A stretch of 61,827 nt of DNA, filler included, from Sanchytrium tribonematis (Eukaryota), in NCBI GenBank assembly GCA_018985235.1. It is 12 parts of 12 records of this genome, joined end to end, with 100 filler letters (N's around TTAATTAATTAA, not from the genome) between each part and the next. Parts side by side here need not be neighbours in the genome. Positions count along the whole stretch, not along the records: positions 54,855 to 58,291 come from JADGIG010000860.1; positions 58,392 to 61,827 come from JADGIG010000861.1; 10 more parts are not named here. One strand, 5' to 3'. Below are positions 57,434 through 61,827 of the stretch, piece after piece. The notes below the pieces were generated by a model. That model searched no databases, was not told the DNA's origin, and was given only the letters and a program-made list of their open reading frames with translations. The position numbers and the translations under genes were made by a program. Position 1 is the first letter of the stretch. The number at the start of each line of letters is the position of its first letter.

Positions 57434-58093
57434 TTAATTTTTTGGAATAACAAATAAAGCGCTACATTCTGCCGCAATATCCAGGTTCATACTCAATATT
57501 TTACAATTGAGAAATGTTTTTCGCTCGGCCATTTTTTCAACAGATCCTACCCAAATTAGCCATTTTCCACCCTTCAAAGGCTTTCTAAAATTAACATTTA
57601 AATTTGCTGTGACTCCGTTTTTCATGTGGTAAGCTGCTTGTGGCGGTCTAGCCTTAAAATATAGGGCCCCAAATAAATCGTCAGAAATGGCAGCAATCAA
57701 ACCACCGTGTACTATACCATCATATCCACACACTGGTCCTCCTAATTTCAAAAATACAATTATCGATTTTGGACTATCACCATCTAATTCTGCGGGATAT
57801 ACGTATATCATATCTTCAATGCACCCCGATTTTCGCAAAGAATGGTGAATAAAATGTTTCTTGTTATTCGATAGAAATAACTGATGATAAGGAACTATTG
57901 TAAACTTATTGTTTTGAGGAATAGAGATGGTCTCTGGAAAAAATGAACTAAATTTTTCCATCAGATCTCTTGAAATCTGTTCCACGTCAAAACTTTTCTT
58001 TTTACGAGATATTGAAGAGAAATACTTATAGAGTGCAAAAGATGCCATAACAGTGCTTAATGCTGCTGTTCCAACGACAACACTTCTATTCAT
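57434..58093 (-). CDS. Hotdog-fold acyl-CoA thioesterase (THEM4/PaaI-like)
   Basis: LGGPVCGYDGIVHGGLIAAISDD, VTANLNVNFRKP. Confidence 0.88.
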   Translation of the reverse strand: MNRSVVVGTAALSTVMASFALYKYFSSISRKKKSFDVEQISRDLMEKFSSFFPETISIPQNNKFTIVPYHQLFLSNNKKHFIHHSLRKSGCIEDMIYVYPAELDGDSPKSIIVFLKLGGPVCGYDGIVHGGLIAAISDDLFGALYFKARPPQAAYHMKNGVTANLNVNFRKPLKGGKWLIWVGSVEKMAERKTFLNCKILSMNLDIAAECSALFVIPKN

Positions 58094-58291
58094 ACAGATG
58101 AAGGAGGTTTTAAAAATTCACAATCTTAACGATACCATCGATTTTCGAGATAGGATTTAATCTTTAGCAGAAAAATCTGATTGACAACACATTGGTGTCC
58201 AACTTAACCCTGAAATAATTTGAATGTGAATAACAATTTTTCTTAAAACTTGGAGTACAAAATTGCAAAATGTCAGTTTTTTACAAATTTA

Positions 58292-58391
58292 NNNNNNNNN
58301 NNNNNNNNNNNNNNNNNNNNNNNNNNNNNNNNNNNTTAATTAATTAANNNNNNNNNNNNNNNNNNNNNNNNNNNNNNNNNNNNNNNNNNNN
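58292..58391. other. Artificial contig linker
   Basis: N44-TTAATTAATTAA-N44. Confidence 0.98.
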
Positions 58392-58711
58392 CATTGATAT
58401 TGGGATATGTGTATGGCTATAATGCGGATTCAACTGGTATTATATTTCTGATATTAATTGGGATATTTGTAGAAGTGGGATTGCCGCGATTGCAACAAAC
58501 AAAGAAATACAAAGATTTGATTAGTGCTGTATGGTATTTGATTAGTGCAATCGTATTATTCTGTATGCCTGCTGTCTATGTCGTGTTTTATGTGCTTGCT
58601 GGATTATTTCATTTATTTGCTAGCATTTTCTATGTTTTAGGGTGGTATTTTGGATCATCAACTAGAACAACTGACAATACAACAAATGCACACGGTATCG
58701 GACAAGTCTAA
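58392..58711 (+). CDS. Membrane protein fragment (5'-partial)
   Basis: Three hydrophobic segments. Confidence 0.55.
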
Positions 58712-58883
58712 TAAAATATTTAATGAATATAATAATGGTTATCCAATCTCATAAACTTGGGCATTGAAAATGAATCAAGCTTGAAACAAAGTTAGAGACC
58801 AAGCAATTTTAAGCACCCTTGATTGGTCTACACTAATGGACAAGCAAATGAGCAATATAAAATGAAAAACAGGTCAACTTGAC

Positions 58884-59204
58884 ATGTCAAACATCCATGA
58901 AATTCAATGCATTTTAAATTCATCCATTTCTAAGCAGTTTGGTGGATTACGACAATCTGTTCTATGCAGATCTATTTTGAAAAAGATTAGATGGTCGCAT
59001 CCTATTACATATTTATTAAATCAATGCCCACAAATGACTGTATTTGAGTTGGACTTGCAATTAAATAAAATGATATTGGAAAAGAAAACAAATTTACAGT
59101 GTATTGAAAGAAATGCATTATTTACATTTGCAAAAGACAAGTCAAATAGATACTTGTTAAATTGTATGAGAAGAGAAGAGGAGATTCATTATTGTTCATT
59201 TTAA
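58884..59204 (+). CDS. Hypothetical protein
   Basis: 106-aa ATG-initiated ORF; no motif recognised. Confidence 0.4.
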   Translation: MSNIHEIQCILNSSISKQFGGLRQSVLCRSILKKIRWSHPITYLLNQCPQMTVFELDLQLNKMILEKKTNLQCIERNALFTFAKDKSNRYLLNCMRREEEIHYCSF

Positions 59205-59236
59205 ATAAATAGTAGCTGCTTTATGAGAAACTTGTT

Positions 59237-60157
59237 TTATTTTATTATTGGATGCTCAGCAGATGTTTTTGCTGATGGTGATGCTTTCGAGATTGAACTG
59301 GCTCTATCGGTGGTACCAGGTTTTAAATGATCGGTGCCAATTTCCTTAAATTTTTCAGTCTCAATTGAGAGTGGATCGAAATTTGATACTTTTGAAAAGT
59401 CTGGCTGGCTTGCCACAGTATCCAGAAAATTCTGAATTGATCTTTGTCTGTGGAATGGTTGTAATTCTGAAATTTTCTCCAGATTTTCAGAATGGATTTC
59501 AAATTCGTTTCTCAGTTCTTGCGCTTTCTCTATGCTTATTTCTGGTTTTTTATACCAAATATTAGTTGCTTTATGTGCTTCTTTCATCAATTCGTTTATG
59601 ACCATATCAACTTTTTGCTTTTCCCACTGGTCTTCAGTTGTCATTTCCAATGCCACCAATTGTTCAAGAATTTGGTTGGTTAATTTTTTCGACCACTTGA
59701 GGCCAAAGTTATGTATGTCATTGATTTTTGGAGCCACATATTCTTTATGTTTTGTGTCAATGTAACCCTTCCACCCATGAACATCTCGAACCAGGGTTTG
59801 TATCACATGACTTTCAGGTTGTTTCCAAATATAGTTATGCTCAGGTTTTCTCGAAATCATGCCTTCAATTTTAATGACAAAACCTAAATAATCTAAATAT
59901 TTTTCTGTCATCGCCACTTTCTTTTTCAAATCTTTTGCTAGATTGCCCTGTTCAATCTGTTTTGCTGCATTATCAATAACCTTATTCTTTTTAGATGAAG
60001 GATCCAAGGTGGCTGCAGCTCTTCTTTCGTCAGCTAAATTTTGAGATGTCTGGAATGCTGAAGTACCCGGACCACTGAATAACTGCGTTGAACCATCACC
60101 AATTTGGTCGATTGCCAAACTCATTGGTGCTGCGATTAATAAATTATTGAAAATCAT
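59237..60157 (-). CDS. Hypothetical putative secreted helical protein
   Basis: MIFNNLLIA|AP leader; 306 aa; ends AAA-TAA-A. Confidence 0.65.
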   Translation of the reverse strand: MIFNNLLIAAPMSLAIDQIGDGSTQLFSGPGTSAFQTSQNLADERRAAATLDPSSKKNKVIDNAAKQIEQGNLAKDLKKKVAMTEKYLDYLGFVIKIEGMISRKPEHNYIWKQPESHVIQTLVRDVHGWKGYIDTKHKEYVAPKINDIHNFGLKWSKKLTNQILEQLVALEMTTEDQWEKQKVDMVINELMKEAHKATNIWYKKPEISIEKAQELRNEFEIHSENLEKISELQPFHRQRSIQNFLDTVASQPDFSKVSNFDPLSIETEKFKEIGTDHLKPGTTDRASSISKASPSAKTSAEHPIIK

Positions 60158-60326
60158 CTTGATAATATATTGTCATTTGGCTGCTTTTATAGCATCTATT
60201 AGGCAAGACAGCCCTATGATTCCTAACTCATTCAATCAAATTTACTTTATTGTCTTGGAAATCTGAAAATAGTCCTAGTAATCCTACTCAAATCTAGCAA
60301 ACCCATCTGCAATCACAAATCATTTA

Positions 60327-61827
60327 TTAAGTTGTCACATTACTATATATAATAGTTTCCTTCTTTTTATGTCTCTTAAAGGGTGATTTACTCATAACAA
60401 CCCCAAGTACAATAGAATCCAAACACATTTTAAATAAATTAGTGAGTGAGAAATCTATAGTAAATGGCTGTGGATTCCATTTATATGTATTAGATTCAGA
60501 TGGTTCTGTAGTGGATAATTGAAATGCATCATCAATTTGAGATAAATAGGACATTTCACTTGACATTGATGGATTTGCACTGGTGATTATTTGAACTAAA
60601 TGAATCAGAAATACGAGTTGTTATAGGTTTATCAGGCATAATCTGAGTGATTGAGGGCATCTCCATTGATTCTACAGTCGATTCCGTCAAAATAAACGCA
60701 TCTGTTTGATTTAATGACAAATTGGAACTAGTTGAGAACGTGCCATCATTAATAGTGATACTATCTGGGAATGAGTCACTAGTTTCATTTAATGCTAATA
60801 TTTTACAGCTATTCTTTCGATTATAATAAGTGCCATTCAAATTGCATTGATTTTGAAATGTTTTACCAAACACTCCAGGTGCCATTGGATTATTGCTCAA
60901 ATCGCAATTCAGTCCCAATAAAGTCGTATTATAAATCATGATATCCACAATTTGATTATTCTGTAAATACAACTGAGATGGTTTGCTAAATGATAAATTG
61001 CCACTTAACCAATTATCATTAAAATTATAATTGGATCCAGTCAATGTATAGTTTATACATCCACTTAAATGATTATGTGATAAATCAAGTGTGGGTACAG
61101 ATTGGAGGGAAATGGGGATACCACCAACAAATAAATTATTAGAAATATTCAAAGAAATGCGATTTGTACTAAATTGCCAATTTGGGATATTTCCATTAAG
61201 ATTGTTGCTAGACAAATCAACGGTGATCAAAGTAGATGGTAAATCATAAGAAATATTACCAGAAATGCCATTGTGATCTAAATTGATATTTTTCACGATT
61301 TTTGGCAATGATTTTGGATAATTTTGAAATAAATTGAAACTCAAAAACAAATCATAGATAGTCGCATATCCCAAGTCAATATCACCATACATTTGATTAT
61401 GTGACAAATCTAATAACTGATACCTTTGCGTATTTAATTGTGGAATCTTCCCAGTGAAGAAATTCCAAGATACATCCAAAGTATACAATTTTGAGCTAAT
61501 GTTGAGATTTGTGATGTTTCCACTCAATTGATTATGTCCAACACTCAGAGAATACATCGGAGCAGGCAAATTAACTGGAATATTGCCATAAATCATATTA
61601 AACCCCAAATAAACATACCAAATAAAATTGGTTAAAATTGGAAAACTCGTGTTAATTTGGTTATAACTCAAATCAAGAATAATCATGGCATTCTGGATTG
61701 GAGGGATTGGACCATATATCATATTGTTCACTACTTCGATCTTCTTTAAGGTGCTTGGAAATGCCAATGGCAAAGAATCATTAATCAAATTATCTGAAAT
61801 CTCCAATGCTATTAAATTTGGAGGTAA
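60327..61827 (-). CDS. LRR surface / receptor-like protein (5'-partial), 2 exons seen
   Basis: LxxLDLSxNxLxGxIP repeats, Cys cap, S/T stalk; the spliced exon adds a hydrophobic segment and basic tail. Confidence 0.85.
60596..60614 (-). other. 19-nt spliceosomal intron
   Basis: GTATTTCTGATTCATTTAG; joins ORF 60556-61806 in frame to ORF 60327-60566. Confidence 0.85.

Overview
This is eukaryotic DNA: 12 unlinked contig pieces joined by an artificial 100-nt linker (N44-TTAATTAATTAA-N44), comprising one piece of at least 22 kb and eleven ~3.5 kb pieces in descending size order. The genome is AT-rich, uses the standard code and is extremely compact. It is probably an early-diverging fungus with a normal mitochondrion (sanchytrid-like is a guess). 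Core pieces carry tightly packed housekeeping genes (SCO1, MIA40, INTS3-like, PDK1, RPT6, PIG-M, SmB, TatD, RPN2, MCM3, PAN3, TSR1, GMP synthase, GUP1, H3, MIP, CDS1, zeta-COP, CIA30 and others), often only 1-40 nt apart. Accessory pieces carry putative secreted kinases, an EEP nuclease, an LRR surface protein and decaying paralogs. Main findings: (1) an intronless reverse transcriptase resembling the bacterial UG/Abi (AbiK/DRT-like) antiphage class, with a non-canonical RSDD motif, followed by a foldable non-coding region and linked on the same contig to a eukaryotic kinase (44276-47339); (2) ten 19-20 nt spliceosomal introns with an invariant A at -6; (3) AATAAA built into the stop codon of about 20 genes; (4) a CTCC motif in ultra-short promoters; (5) 9-11 aa hydrophobic leaders on putative effector kinases. 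All family calls come from motif recognition by eye; no searches or folding programs were run.
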